Source: an uncultured delta proteobacterium
Lineage (GTDB): Bacteria; Myxococcota_A; Polyangia; Polyangiales; Polyangiaceae
Direction of reading: 5' to 3'
Length of the DNA stretch: 64,000 bases
NCBI GenBank assembly: GCA_963782055.1
Contig: CAWAIF010000003.1
Location: 6,656,001-6,720,000 of the forward strand
The notes under the pieces were generated by a model that worked only from the letters and a program-made list of their open reading frames with translations, did no database searches and was not told the DNA's origin. Shown here in pieces: positions 47,248-58,428 of this stretch (the stretch's first letter is position 1; each line of letters opens with the position of its first letter). The position numbers and the translations under genes were made by a program.

Positions 47248-47283
47248 TCCGCCGGGCGCCGCGTGCTACTCGTTGTGCCGTTC

Positions 47284-47360
<77 letters not shown>

Positions 47361-47424
47361 CTGCGCGGCCCTCGTCCGCGCCAGGTCGGTCCTGGCCCGC
47401 GCGGGGAAGTTCCGGCAAATCCTC

Positions 47425-48123
47425 TCAGTCGGAGAAGTCGTTGGTCAGGTAGAGGTGGCCGCTGACCTCCACCAGGCCGACGCCCACGCGCTTGAACTTG
47501 GTGTTCATCATGTTCATGTAGTGGCCGTGGGCCTCCCCCTGGCCGGGGCCCTCGTTGTACATGGCGAGCTGGATCGAATCGATCTGGTCGAGCTCGTTCG
47601 TCGTCGGGTCGTTGGACAGCTTGGTCCAGCCGTTGGGGTCGCCCTGGTTCTCACCGGCGCTGGTGGTGAAGCCGCTGGTCCAGAGCGTGCCGTTGTTGCC
47701 GGCGTCGATGAAGTGCTGGTGCGGAGTGTGATCCTGCGTCAGCTCCTTCGACCCCGCGAGGGCGAAGGTGCAGAGCTTGGCGTCGAGCACCAGCGGCGCG
47801 ACCCCCTTGCCCGCGCGGTACTTGTTGATGACGTCCAGGTTGTGATGCTGGAACTGGTCGAAGCCGTCCCCCGCGTCCTGGACGACGCCGCTGTCCTTGC
47901 CGTTGCTGGTGCCCGCGTCCTTGGTGGCCGGCGTGCCGGCATCGTTGCTCGTGGGGGGCGTGGTGCCGGAGTCGTCGTCGGTCGACGACGGCGGCGCGGT
48001 GGTGCCCGCGTCATCGCCGCCCGGCGAGGAGTTGTCGGTCTTTCCCCAGCCACTCGGCGCCGCCGAGCAGGCCGCGAGCCCGATGACCACCAGTCCGCCA
48101 GCAAGAAGGGTGAGCGTTCGCAT
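47425..48123 (-). CDS. CAP/SCP-domain lipoprotein
   Basis: Lipobox LAAC, INKYRA, AGENQG, GHYMNMM, VGVG, TNDF. Confidence 0.88.
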   Translation of the reverse strand: MRTLTLLAGGLVVIGLAACSAAPSGWGKTDNSSPGGDDAGTTAPPSSTDDDSGTTPPTSNDAGTPATKDAGTSNGKDSGVVQDAGDGFDQFQHHNLDVINKYRAGKGVAPLVLDAKLCTFALAGSKELTQDHTPHQHFIDAGNNGTLWTSGFTTSAGENQGDPNGWTKLSNDPTTNELDQIDSIQLAMYNEGPGQGEAHGHYMNMMNTKFKRVGVGLVEVSGHLYLTNDFSD

Positions 48124-48332
48124 GATGTATCCCTCTGGAGGGGCAGGTACCACATCGGCGCAGAAAGGCGCCCTCTGTGAGGACGATTTCTCGCAAATAG
48201 CGCTGACGTCGGTCGACACGCACTCTCACTGCATCGCGCCGCGCGGCCGGGGCGGATTAATCGCGCGACATCGAACGAGCGATGGGCGTCATCGACGCGC
48301 CCTGCGGGCCGTCGACGGCCTCCGGCCGGACC

Positions 48333-49112
48333 TCAATCCTGCGCGAAGAGCACCGCGGTGGGCGTCGCATGGACCTCGTGCTCCGGATCGTGGATGCGCG
48401 CCACGCCCGTCCCGACGGCCACCAGCTCCAGGATGTGCGAGTCCCACCCGTGGTTGCTCTCGCGCACGTCCACCGCGACGATGCCCGCATCCGCCCCCGC
48501 CTGCGCCGCCTCGTACTGCATGCGGCCCATCGCGAGCTCGCGCGCGTCGTAGAGCGCGGCGGTAAACTGCGGCATCTCCAGGTTCTGGTACTGCTGGCCG
48601 GAGAAGAAGCTGGAGAGCGCCTTGCCGAGCGACTGGTGCGCGATGTGATAGACGCACACGCCGTGCGCCAGGGAGATCGGGCGGAAGCCGGCGCGCACCA
48701 GCGCCCAGAAGTCCACGCCGGAGAGGTCGCAGGTGAAGGGCATCCCGTGCCGGTCGCGCCACGCCGCACCGTCGCCCTTGCGGCGACGCACGGCGGTGCC
48801 GATCGCGCAGAACTCGGCGTGGTCGCCCTCGCGCTCCATCTCGATGCGCATGCCCACGACGCCGTCGGCGCCGAAGCGGCCGGCCTGCTCGAGCAGCCGC
48901 GCCATCGCGAGCTGGCGGGCGCGCAGCATCATCGCCGAGACGTTGCCCAGCTCCTGGTTGGCGGTCCACGCCGCGTACGACCACCCGATGTGGAAGTAGC
49001 TCGTGCCCATCACCAGCTCGAGCGGCTCGAACCCCACCTCCTCGACGAGCATCAGCTCGTCGATGGTGAGGTCGCTCGTGAAGGCGTGGGTAGGCGCCGC
49101 CGCCTGGTTCAT
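48333..49112 (-). CDS. YbjQ/UPF0145-like (putative heavy-metal-binding) double-domain protein, paralogue 3
   Basis: FTSDL..LVMG..ARQLAMARL..GADGVVG and a second FTCDLSG..DARELAMGRM module. Confidence 0.8.
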   Translation of the reverse strand: MNQAAAPTHAFTSDLTIDELMLVEEVGFEPLELVMGTSYFHIGWSYAAWTANQELGNVSAMMLRARQLAMARLLEQAGRFGADGVVGMRIEMEREGDHAEFCAIGTAVRRRKGDGAAWRDRHGMPFTCDLSGVDFWALVRAGFRPISLAHGVCVYHIAHQSLGKALSSFFSGQQYQNLEMPQFTAALYDARELAMGRMQYEAAQAGADAGIVAVDVRESNHGWDSHILELVAVGTGVARIHDPEHEVHATPTAVLFAQD

Positions 49113-49960
49113 TCGTTCACCGTCATCACGAGCTGCGGCGTGGGCGGCGCCTCCACCGCGTGGATGGGCACCACGCTGGTGCCGATGGCGAAGAACTCGA
49201 TGACGTGGGCGTCCCACCCGCCGTGCGTCCACTCGTAGACCTCGGTCCCGACCACGCCCTGCGCGCCGTCCGTCTGCGCCTCGTACTGCAGACGCTCCAT
49301 CGCCAGCTCGCGCGCGTCGTACAGGGCCTGGGTGAAGTTGGGCATCTCCACGTTCTGCCCGGCGCTCTGGAACCAGCCGCCGAGCGTCTGGTGCGCGACG
49401 TGGTAGACGCAGTTGCCCATCACCAGCGAGACGGGCCGGAAGCCGCTGCGCAGCAGCATCCAGAAGTCCTGACCGGACAGATCGCTGGTGAAGGGCATGC
49501 CGCTCGGCGCGCGGAAGTTCGGCACCTCGTACTGCTTCTTCGCGGCCTCCTGCGCGAAGACCGCGGTGCCCACGGCGACGAACTCGATGAGGCTCTCCCC
49601 CCAGGCGTGGCGGTTGACCTTCAGCCGCACGCCGATGACACCCTCGGCGCCGAGCTCGTGCGCCTCTTCTTCCATGCGCGCCATCGCAAGCTCGCGGGCC
49701 TGGTAGAGCGCCTGCGTCAGCACGCCCATCTCCTGGTTCTGGCTGTAGCCCGCGCGCTGGTAGCCCACGTGGTAGATGGAGGAGCCCATCACCAGGCCGG
49801 CGCACTCGAAGCCGGCCTCGCGTACCAGCAAGAACTCCTTCACCGAGAGGTCGCTGGTGAAGAAGCGCTGCCCCTGCGGCCCACGCATGCGCTGGATGCG
49901 CTCGGCGGCGTGCTGGGGGATCGCCTGGCGCTGCGCCTGCGGGCGGTTGTAGTTGGCCAT
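49109..49960 (-). CDS. YbjQ/UPF0145-like double-domain protein, paralogue 2
   Basis: FTSDLS twice, ARELAMARMEEEA..GAEGVIGV, EFVAVGTAV. Confidence 0.82.
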   Translation of the reverse strand: MANYNRPQAQRQAIPQHAAERIQRMRGPQGQRFFTSDLSVKEFLLVREAGFECAGLVMGSSIYHVGYQRAGYSQNQEMGVLTQALYQARELAMARMEEEAHELGAEGVIGVRLKVNRHAWGESLIEFVAVGTAVFAQEAAKKQYEVPNFRAPSGMPFTSDLSGQDFWMLLRSGFRPVSLVMGNCVYHVAHQTLGGWFQSAGQNVEMPNFTQALYDARELAMERLQYEAQTDGAQGVVGTEVYEWTHGGWDAHVIEFFAIGTSVVPIHAVEAPPTPQLVMTVNE

Positions 49961-49963
49961 CGG

Positions 49964-50914
49964 TCAGTCCTCGCGGTTCTCGAAGCGCACGTTGGGGTTC
50001 TGCGAGGCGAGGCCGTGCTCGCCGTAGCGTGAAGGGCGATCCCGGAGGTCGACGACGACGAGCGGGCGCGGCGGCGCGTGATCGTGCGCGACGTCCGCGC
50101 GGCGCACGACGGCGGTGCCCATGACGACGAGATCGAGCTCGAAGGAGGTGTGGCTGCTCTCGTTGACCTCGTACTCGCGGTCGCGGCCGCGGCGCAGGAT
50201 GCGTACGCCGACGACCCCGTGCGCGCCGAAGTGCTGCGCGAAGGTGCGGAAGCGGTGCACCGCCTGGTCGCGCGCCTCGTGGGCCGCGCGGGTGTGTACC
50301 GGGAGCTCGCCGGAGAACCAGCTCCCCTCGCTGGCGCAGTCGGCGTGGCGCGCGTACCAGAAGCAGTTGCCGATGGCGATGCCGGAGGGCCAGTAGCCGG
50401 CGCGGTGGAGCTTGAAGAGCTCGTCCGCCTTCAGCAGGGTGAGCACCGGCTGCTGCGGTGGCGGCACGTCCTTGACGCGCACCGCTGTGCCCACGGCGGT
50501 GAACTCGATGAGATCGGCGCCCCACTCGTAGCCGCGGCCGAGGAAGCGCACGTCGATGACCATGTGCGCGCCGAGCAGCGCCGCCTCCTGCTGCATGCGC
50601 GAGAGGGCGCGGGAGCGCGCCGTCTCGTAGGCGCGGGTGAGCTGCACCAGCTCCCCGCCGCCCCACCGCGCGAAGCCGCGCAGCCCGACGTGAAAGACGC
50701 TGGAGCCCATCACCTGACTGATGGGCTCGACCCCGGTGGACCGCGCGACCACCGTCTCCGGCACCGAGAGGGTGCTGGTGAAGACCTTCTGCTGCCCCTG
50801 GTTCAGCTCCCAGATCCGGCGCTGCGCGCGCAGCGGCAGTCCGCCCTGCTGGACCTGCGCGGTGCTGCGCGCCTCGTCGACGGGGCGGTCCGGAAGAAAC
50901 TGGTGGCGCGGCAT
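49964..50914 (-). CDS. YbjQ/UPF0145-like double-domain protein, paralogue 1
   Basis: FTSTLS, VMGSSVFH, ARSRALSRMQQEA, EFTAVGTAV; TGATG-coupled. Confidence 0.8.
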   Translation of the reverse strand: MPRHQFLPDRPVDEARSTAQVQQGGLPLRAQRRIWELNQGQQKVFTSTLSVPETVVARSTGVEPISQVMGSSVFHVGLRGFARWGGGELVQLTRAYETARSRALSRMQQEAALLGAHMVIDVRFLGRGYEWGADLIEFTAVGTAVRVKDVPPPQQPVLTLLKADELFKLHRAGYWPSGIAIGNCFWYARHADCASEGSWFSGELPVHTRAAHEARDQAVHRFRTFAQHFGAHGVVGVRILRRGRDREYEVNESSHTSFELDLVVMGTAVVRRADVAHDHAPPRPLVVVDLRDRPSRYGEHGLASQNPNVRFENRED

Positions 50915-51384
50915 CAGCGGTTGCCGCCGCCGCCGCCGAACTGGCCGAGCACCCACGCCGCGCGGGCGTTGGTGTTCGCGTGGCGGGCGAGGGCGTCGAG
51001 GAGCATGTCCACCCACTGGTCGAGGGGGAGCTCCTTGGTGCGCAGGGCGATGCCGCGCACGACCTTGCGGTGCTGCGCCGCCGCGCGCTTGCCCTCCCGG
51101 CGGACCATGAAGACGTCGGGCTCCAGGTTGACCTCGATGGCGAGCACGAAGCTGCCGTTGGCCTCGATGCGGGTGTGCTCGTTGAAGCCCTGGTAGAGCG
51201 TGTTGGCCAGGTGGGAGAGGAAGTTGTCGACGTTGGCCAGGTCGAGCGCCATCCCCTGGGCGATCTGATCGGCGGTGATGCCGACCTGGATCTGTGTCCT
51301 GCAGTAGGGACAGGTGAAGATCTGGCCGTCGGGCGGGGCATCCATGATGCCGCCGCAGTTGCTGCAACGAACGGGATCGGGCAT
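50914..51384 (-). CDS. Zn-ribbon hypothetical protein
   Basis: CSNCG..CPYC, then an uncharacterised domain (VVRGIALRTKELPLDQW). Confidence 0.75.
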   Translation of the reverse strand: MPDPVRCSNCGGIMDAPPDGQIFTCPYCRTQIQVGITADQIAQGMALDLANVDNFLSHLANTLYQGFNEHTRIEANGSFVLAIEVNLEPDVFMVRREGKRAAAQHRKVVRGIALRTKELPLDQWVDMLLDALARHANTNARAAWVLGQFGGGGGNR

Positions 51385-51481
51385 TGCAGGTCGACGATAG
51401 CCAATTCGCGGGCAGATCGAAAGCCACCCGAGGGCGCGGGAGTCCGGCCCGCGGGGCCGGGGGTTGTTATGCTGCCCCGCC

Positions 51482-53329
<1,848 letters not shown>

Positions 53330-53339
53330 CGGGACAGCC

Positions 53340-54227
53340 TCAGCGCGACGAGAGGGCGCGGGCGCGGGCGGCGAGATCGCGCGCGCCCATGCGGTCGGTC
53401 CACGCGCCGAAGTCGGGGCTGGTGCCGCGCCATCGCAGATCCTCCAGCGTCTCATCGAGCGGCACGTCGGTGACCAGCGTGGCCAGCTCCTTGTAGAGCG
53501 CGAGGTCCTCGCGGGCACCGCGGAGTGTGCCGGCGAGGCGTGGCGCGCCGCGCACCCCGGCCGGCCACGCGGCGGGGTCGTCGGGGATGGCCTCCACGTG
53601 CTCGAAGCGCGCGAGGAGCGCCGCCGCGGTCTTGGCGCCGAAGCCGGTCAGGCCGGGGATGCCGTCGGCGGTGTCGCCGGTGAGGGCGAGCAGATCCGGA
53701 ATGCTCGCGGGTCCCACGCCGCGGACGGCGCGCATCGCCGCCTCGTCGATCTCCTTGCGGCGGATGCGGTCCACCTGCACCACGCGCCTGTCCGCCAGAC
53801 ATTGCCCGAAGTCCTTGTCCGGGCTGAGGATGCGCACCTGGGTGCACGCGCCGGCCGCGGGGGTCTCGCCGGCGGGCGGCGCGTGGCGACGCGCGGCCGT
53901 CGCGATGGCGTCGTCCGCCTCGTAGCGGCTCATCGACCAGACGGTGACGCCGGCGGCGCGCGTGGCCTCCTCCGCCGCGTCGAACTGCGCGTGCAGCTCG
54001 GGCGGGACGCCCTCGTCCGACTTGTAGCCGGCGAACATGTCGTTTCGGAAGGAGCGGATGGGGTTGTCGAAGGCGACCGCCAGGTGGGTGGCCTTCTCGT
54101 CGGGGTCGGCGAGCAGGGTGAGGAGCGAGGCGACCAGGCCAACTGTGGCCTTGTGGGGGCGGTCGGGCTTCGGTGAAAAGTGTGCGCGGTACAGCTCGAA
54201 GGTGCCGTCGATGAGGTGGAGGCGCAC
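53340..54227 (-). CDS. Stand-alone 5'-3' exonuclease / flap endonuclease
   Basis: LIDG, AFD, YK, EADD, SPDKD, GDTADGIPG, GAKTA. Confidence 0.92.
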   Translation of the reverse strand: MRLHLIDGTFELYRAHFSPKPDRPHKATVGLVASLLTLLADPDEKATHLAVAFDNPIRSFRNDMFAGYKSDEGVPPELHAQFDAAEEATRAAGVTVWSMSRYEADDAIATAARRHAPPAGETPAAGACTQVRILSPDKDFGQCLADRRVVQVDRIRRKEIDEAAMRAVRGVGPASIPDLLALTGDTADGIPGLTGFGAKTAAALLARFEHVEAIPDDPAAWPAGVRGAPRLAGTLRGAREDLALYKELATLVTDVPLDETLEDLRWRGTSPDFGAWTDRMGARDLAARARALSSR

Positions 54228-54263
54228 GGGGTAGGTCCTGGGGAGAGAGGCTGGGGCGCGTCA

Positions 54264-54285
54264 GACCGTTAGCATGCTAACGGTC
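54264..54285. promoter_or_regulatory. Perfect 22-bp palindrome, candidate operator or bidirectional -10
   Basis: GACCGTTAGCA|TGCTAACGGTC, 37 bp upstream of the exonuclease start. Confidence 0.5.
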
Positions 54286-54371
54286 GCGCGCGGCGGAGGG
54301 GAAATCCTGCGGGGAAGGCGGCGCGGTACTTTTTCGGGAATGAGGGCGCGCGCGCGGTGGTTGCCATCCCG

Positions 54372-54518
54372 AACGACGGAGCGGCGCGGGCCTCTCCCCA
54401 AAAAAAGCAGTCGGCAAGCTACCCCGCCAAGCCAACGCTGTCGGCTGCGCCAAAAAAAAGGCGGCTCCCCCAAAGCCCCCTCCTCCCGGAGTCGCCGCAC
54501 CTGCGCCGCCCCGTCGTT
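54372..54518. ncRNA. Candidate structured small RNA (three-way junction)
   Basis: 19-bp closing stem enclosing two hairpins separated by A7 and A8 tracts, with C-rich loops. Confidence 0.5.
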
Positions 54519-54826
54519 TCTCTAACTCATCGCGATCTCGTCGCGACGCCCCCGCGGGGGGGCCCCTCCGGACTGCGCCCGTCGCCTGTCGGCGATGTTG
54601 TCGCGCGTGCGGTGGTTCGTGTGGTCCACCTCCTCGCCCGGAGGTCGGCCGCGCGTCGTCGGCCCTCGCGCAACCCGCGGGTGGCGCGTTCGACCGTCAG
54701 CACGATTGCGGTCGGCGGCACCCACCGGCTCCGGCAGCGAGGCTGCCATCGCGTGGCCCCGCTCCGGGCCTGAAGAGGTCCCACGCAGGGAGCCCGACGC
54801 GCAGCCGAGGGCCCGCGTGCAGAGCC

Positions 54827-55576
54827 CTAGAAGTCGAAGCTCAGGCCGCCGACGAAGGTGCTCGTCCCCACGCGCATGTCGCTGGAGGAGCCGAAGCCGT
54901 CCAGGTTGGAGAGCATCCACTCGCCGAAGAGGTTGGTGTAGTTGATGCCCACGCTGGTATCGAGGCGCAGGGCGGCGCGCGGGTCGAGCCAGTTGAGCGA
55001 GAGCGCCATACCCACCGCGAGCTGGAGCCCGGGGGTGAGGCCTTCGCCGCGGACGCCCTGGTAGTGCGAGATGCCCGTGTCGGTCGACGTGTTCCACAGC
55101 GCCAGCCCGACACCGCCCTTCACGTACGGGACGAGCGGCACGCCGTAGTCGTGCTCGAAGACGTCCACCCGGAGCACGGCCACGCCGTAGAAGGGGAAGA
55201 TCTCCAGGTTGGTGTCCTCCTGCGAGGCGCCGCCGCCGCTGGAGAGCTGCGCCTTGGCGCTGGACTTGGTGTAACCCGCGGCGAGGGCCGGGCCGATGGT
55301 CCCGAAGTGCGGGATGCGCAGCGCCTGCCAGTCGAACTCGGCGCCGAAGTAGAAGTCGGCGCCGCCGCCGTAGACATCATGGTAGGGGGTGCCGCTCAGG
55401 CCGGGCTGGGAGTCGACCTGCGGCCAGTAGGGGCCGAAGCGGAACTCCAGGGCGAAGTGCTGGGGCGACTGCACGTACCGCGCCTGCTGGCCGAGATCCT
55501 GCGCCGACGCGGTGCGCGCCGCGCCGGCCACGGCGACCGCGCCGAGCAGTGAGACCAGTACCGGTGTGGGCCTCAC
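54827..55576 (-). CDS. Myxobacterial outer-membrane beta-barrel (MXAN_2562-like)
   Basis: Signal peptide, SPQHFALEFRFGPY, PLVPYVKGG, C-terminal Phe; GTGA-coupled to the upstream gene. Confidence 0.75.
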   Translation of the reverse strand: MRPTPVLVSLLGAVAVAGAARTASAQDLGQQARYVQSPQHFALEFRFGPYWPQVDSQPGLSGTPYHDVYGGGADFYFGAEFDWQALRIPHFGTIGPALAAGYTKSSAKAQLSSGGGASQEDTNLEIFPFYGVAVLRVDVFEHDYGVPLVPYVKGGVGLALWNTSTDTGISHYQGVRGEGLTPGLQLAVGMALSLNWLDPRAALRLDTSVGINYTNLFGEWMLSNLDGFGSSSDMRVGTSTFVGGLSFDF

Positions 55577-57018
55577 GCGCGACGCCTCCGTCGGACGAAG
55601 GCGATCGCGATGCCCACCATGCCGAGCACCATCACCGGCGCGCCCGCGGGGCCGCCCACCACCTCCAGCGCGCAGAAGCCGCCGCCGGCCGTGCCGCCGG
55701 CCTGCCTGTATTTCTTCCAGAAGTCGTCGACCGGCTGTGGCGTCGCGCACACCGCGCTGGAGACGTCACCGTCATTGCCGAAGGTGTCGTAGGCGGCGAC
55801 CGCGACGGCGTAGCTGGTGCCGTTGGTGAGGCCGGTCACCTGCGCGCTGACGTTGGTCGCGCCCGCCGCGGTGGCCATCGGCGAGAGGCCGGTCGTGTCC
55901 AGCGTGCCGCCATCGCCCGAGGCGGAGCAAGACGCGGTGGTGACGGGTTGCTGGTAGCAGCCGGCGTCGACGGGCACGACAACGGGGTTGCCTGCGTCGT
56001 CGGTGCCACCGTCGGTGAAGCCGCCGTCGGGGCAGACCGTGGTGGTGCCCGCGTCCGCCGGGCTGGCGCCGGAGGCCTCCACGAAGACGTGGTAGCCCGC
56101 GAGGTCCGGCTCGGTCGACGACGCCGACCACGACACCGAGAGGGCGCCGTCGATCCCCTCCGCCGTCACGCCGGTGGGCGCGCCGGGCCCGAGCAGCTTC
56201 ACCTGGATGGGATAGGGCGTGGACGCGGACACCGGGTTGGAGCTGCCGTCCAGCCAGATGAAGTTGACGTTGACCGTCGTCTCGCCGGAGCCCAGCCCGT
56301 TGTCGCAGACCGAGGAGTCCGCCGCCGTGTACGTCAGGTTCTTGGTGGACGAGCCGAGCTGGCTGACGAGGTCCTGGACGCGGACCTGCGCGATGACCGT
56401 GGACGACTGGGCGACGTTGGTCGGGTAGACCGGCCAGCACGTCGGGTTGGTGCCGGTGATCTCGCCCGTCGTCTGGCAGTTGTCCGCGCCCGCCCACACC
56501 TGGAGCGAGCTGCTGGTGGGAAGCCCGGTCAGCACCAGCGGGAAGTTGAAGGTCACGTCCTTCAGGCAATCGTCCCGGCTGATGCCCTGCTGCGTCCCGT
56601 TGACGATGCGCGTCGGCGCCGCCGAGCCGTCCGGGTACGTCCGGTACACCGCGGTCGTGGTGAAGGTCACCGTCTGGGCGAACGCGCGGGCCGGGGCGAG
56701 CCACGCGCACAGGGCGACGATCGCGAACACGAGCGGGCCAAGCGCGCGGGCCCGCCTGAGGTTCCGCGCTTGCGCGGACCGACGGCCCGAAGGGCGCACG
56801 GTACCGAGGTTCCGCGCTTGCGCGGACCGACGGCCCGAAGGGCGCACGGTACCGAGGTTCCGCGCTTGCGCGGACCGACGGCCCGAAGGGCGCACGGTAC
56901 CGAGGTTCCGCGCTTGCGCGGACCGACGGCCCGAAGGGCGCACGGTACCGAGGTTCCGCGCTTGCGCGGGCCGAGGGCGCCATCGAGGGCGGCGCGCACG
57001 GGGGAGACGCGTAGTCAT
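55573..57018 (-). CDS. FN3-domain, C-terminally anchored surface protein (MXAN_2561-like / MYXO-CTERM type); alternative GTG starts lie within the repeat (e.g. 56799)
   Basis: GLTNGTSYAVAVAAYD, DDFWKKYRQAGG..GGFC, TM followed by RRRRR. Confidence 0.78.
   Translation of the reverse strand: MTTRLPRARRPRWRPRPAQARNLGTVRPSGRRSAQARNLGTVRPSGRRSAQARNLGTVRPSGRRSAQARNLGTVRPSGRRSAQARNLRRARALGPLVFAIVALCAWLAPARAFAQTVTFTTTAVYRTYPDGSAAPTRIVNGTQQGISRDDCLKDVTFNFPLVLTGLPTSSSLQVWAGADNCQTTGEITGTNPTCWPVYPTNVAQSSTVIAQVRVQDLVSQLGSSTKNLTYTAADSSVCDNGLGSGETTVNVNFIWLDGSSNPVSASTPYPIQVKLLGPGAPTGVTAEGIDGALSVSWSASSTEPDLAGYHVFVEASGASPADAGTTTVCPDGGFTDGGTDDAGNPVVVPVDAGCYQQPVTTASCSASGDGGTLDTTGLSPMATAAGATNVSAQVTGLTNGTSYAVAVAAYDTFGNDGDVSSAVCATPQPVDDFWKKYRQAGGTAGGGFCALEVVGGPAGAPVMVLGMVGIAIAFVRRRRRA
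56758..56969. repeat. 48-bp perfect tandem repeat, 4 full copies plus a 20-bp partial, REP-like
   Basis: Unit gaggttccgcgcttgcgcggaccgacggcccgaagggcgcacggtacc at 56758, 56806, 56854, 56902, partial at 56950. Confidence 0.97.
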
Positions 57019-57210
57019 CGCTGCACCATCTCGAAGCATAGCGCGTGCCACGCGACGGCGTCGCCTTTCGCACGTGCGGCGGCCATGCATCCCGTCGGGA
57101 TGGCGGTCAAGGTGTCAGAAGTCGAGGCGGGCGAGGGCGCGTCGTGACAAACTGACAGGCGGAAGGTCCCTCGTTCCCACGCGCACGAAGGTGCGCTAAC
57201 GCGAAAGACG

Positions 57211-58428
57211 ATGCTGCACCTGATCCCCGCTCACCAGGGGCGCCCGGCGGACGACCCCATCTTCGCCCTCAACACCGAGGCCAACGCGCGGCGCGCGCGC
57301 GGCGAGTCGGTCGTCAACGCCACGGTCGGCGCGCTGCTCGACGACGACGGCAAGCTCGCCGTCCTCCCCACCGCGGCGCGTGCCGTCCACGAGGTGGCGA
57401 AGGAGGAGTGGGCGGCCTACGCCCCCATCGCCGGACCGAAGGATTTTCTGGGCGCGGTGATGGACGACCTGCTCCTCTCCCGCCCTTCGATGCGCGAGAT
57501 GGCGGTCGCCGCGGCCACGCCGGGCGGCAGCGGCGCGCTGCGCGAGGCCATCGCCAACTTCCTGGAGCCGGGGCAGGCGCTGCTCACCACCAGCTTCTTC
57601 TGGGGCCCGTACAAGACCCTCGCCGACGAGTCGGACCGGCGCGTGGCGACCTTCAACATGTTCGCGCCCGCGGGCGAGGGCGGGGAGCTCACCTTCGACG
57701 TGGGCGCGCTGGACCGCGCGCTGGACGCGACGATCAAGGAGCAGAAGCGGGCGCTGCTCTTCCTCAACGACCCGTGCCACAACCCCACCGGCTACTCCAT
57801 GAGCGAGGACGAGTGGCGGCAGGTCGTTGCGTGTATTCTGCAACATGCCGGGCGCGCGCCGGTGACTGTGCTGCTCGACGTCGCTTACGCCGCGTACGCC
57901 GCCAGCGACCCGCGCGCCTACCTGCCGGTGCTCGAGCCCCTCGCCGGCAAGGCGGGCCTGCTCTTCGCGTGGAGCGCGTCGAAGGCCTTCACCCACTACG
58001 GGCTGCGCGTCGGCGCGGTGGTGGCGTGCGTGCCCGACGCGAAGGAGCGCACGCAGACGCAGGCCGCCTTCAGCTACACGTGCCGCGGCACGTGGTCCAA
58101 CTGCAACCGCGGCGGCATGCGCGCCGTCACCCGCCTGCTGACCGACGCCGAGCTCGCGCCGAAGGTCACCGCCGAGCGCGACGAGCTCAAGGCCCTGCTC
58201 GCCGCGCGGGTGCGCGCCTTCAACGAGCACGCGAAGGCCGCGGGCCTGCGCTACCCGCGCTACGAGGGCGGGTTCTTCGTCACCGTCTTCTGCGACGAAG
58301 CGGCGGAGAAGGCGGCGAAGATGCGGGAGGCGGGGGTCTTCGTGGTCCCCATCAAGGGCGCGCTGCGCGTGGGGCTCTGCAGCGTGGCGGAGCGCGACAT
58401 CCCGCGCCTCGTCCAGGCGCTGGTGTGA
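57211..58428 (+). CDS. PLP-dependent class I/II aminotransferase (aspartate/aromatic type)
   Basis: TPGGSGAL, CHNPTG, DVAY, SASKAFTHYGLRVG. Confidence 0.92.
   Translation: MLHLIPAHQGRPADDPIFALNTEANARRARGESVVNATVGALLDDDGKLAVLPTAARAVHEVAKEEWAAYAPIAGPKDFLGAVMDDLLLSRPSMREMAVAAATPGGSGALREAIANFLEPGQALLTTSFFWGPYKTLADESDRRVATFNMFAPAGEGGELTFDVGALDRALDATIKEQKRALLFLNDPCHNPTGYSMSEDEWRQVVACILQHAGRAPVTVLLDVAYAAYAASDPRAYLPVLEPLAGKAGLLFAWSASKAFTHYGLRVGAVVACVPDAKERTQTQAAFSYTCRGTWSNCNRGGMRAVTRLLTDAELAPKVTAERDELKALLAARVRAFNEHAKAAGLRYPRYEGGFFVTVFCDEAAEKAAKMREAGVFVVPIKGALRVGLCSVAERDIPRLVQALV

Noticed and set aside
54372..54518. Retron msr-msd (terminal inverted repeats enclosing hairpins)
   Set aside because: No reverse transcriptase ORF nearby
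54527..54800. Short ORFs in the exonuclease-barrel intergenic gap
   Set aside because: No RBS, codon bias or motifs
56758..56969. CRISPR array
   Set aside because: Units are identical end to end with no unique spacers, and there are no cas genes in the window
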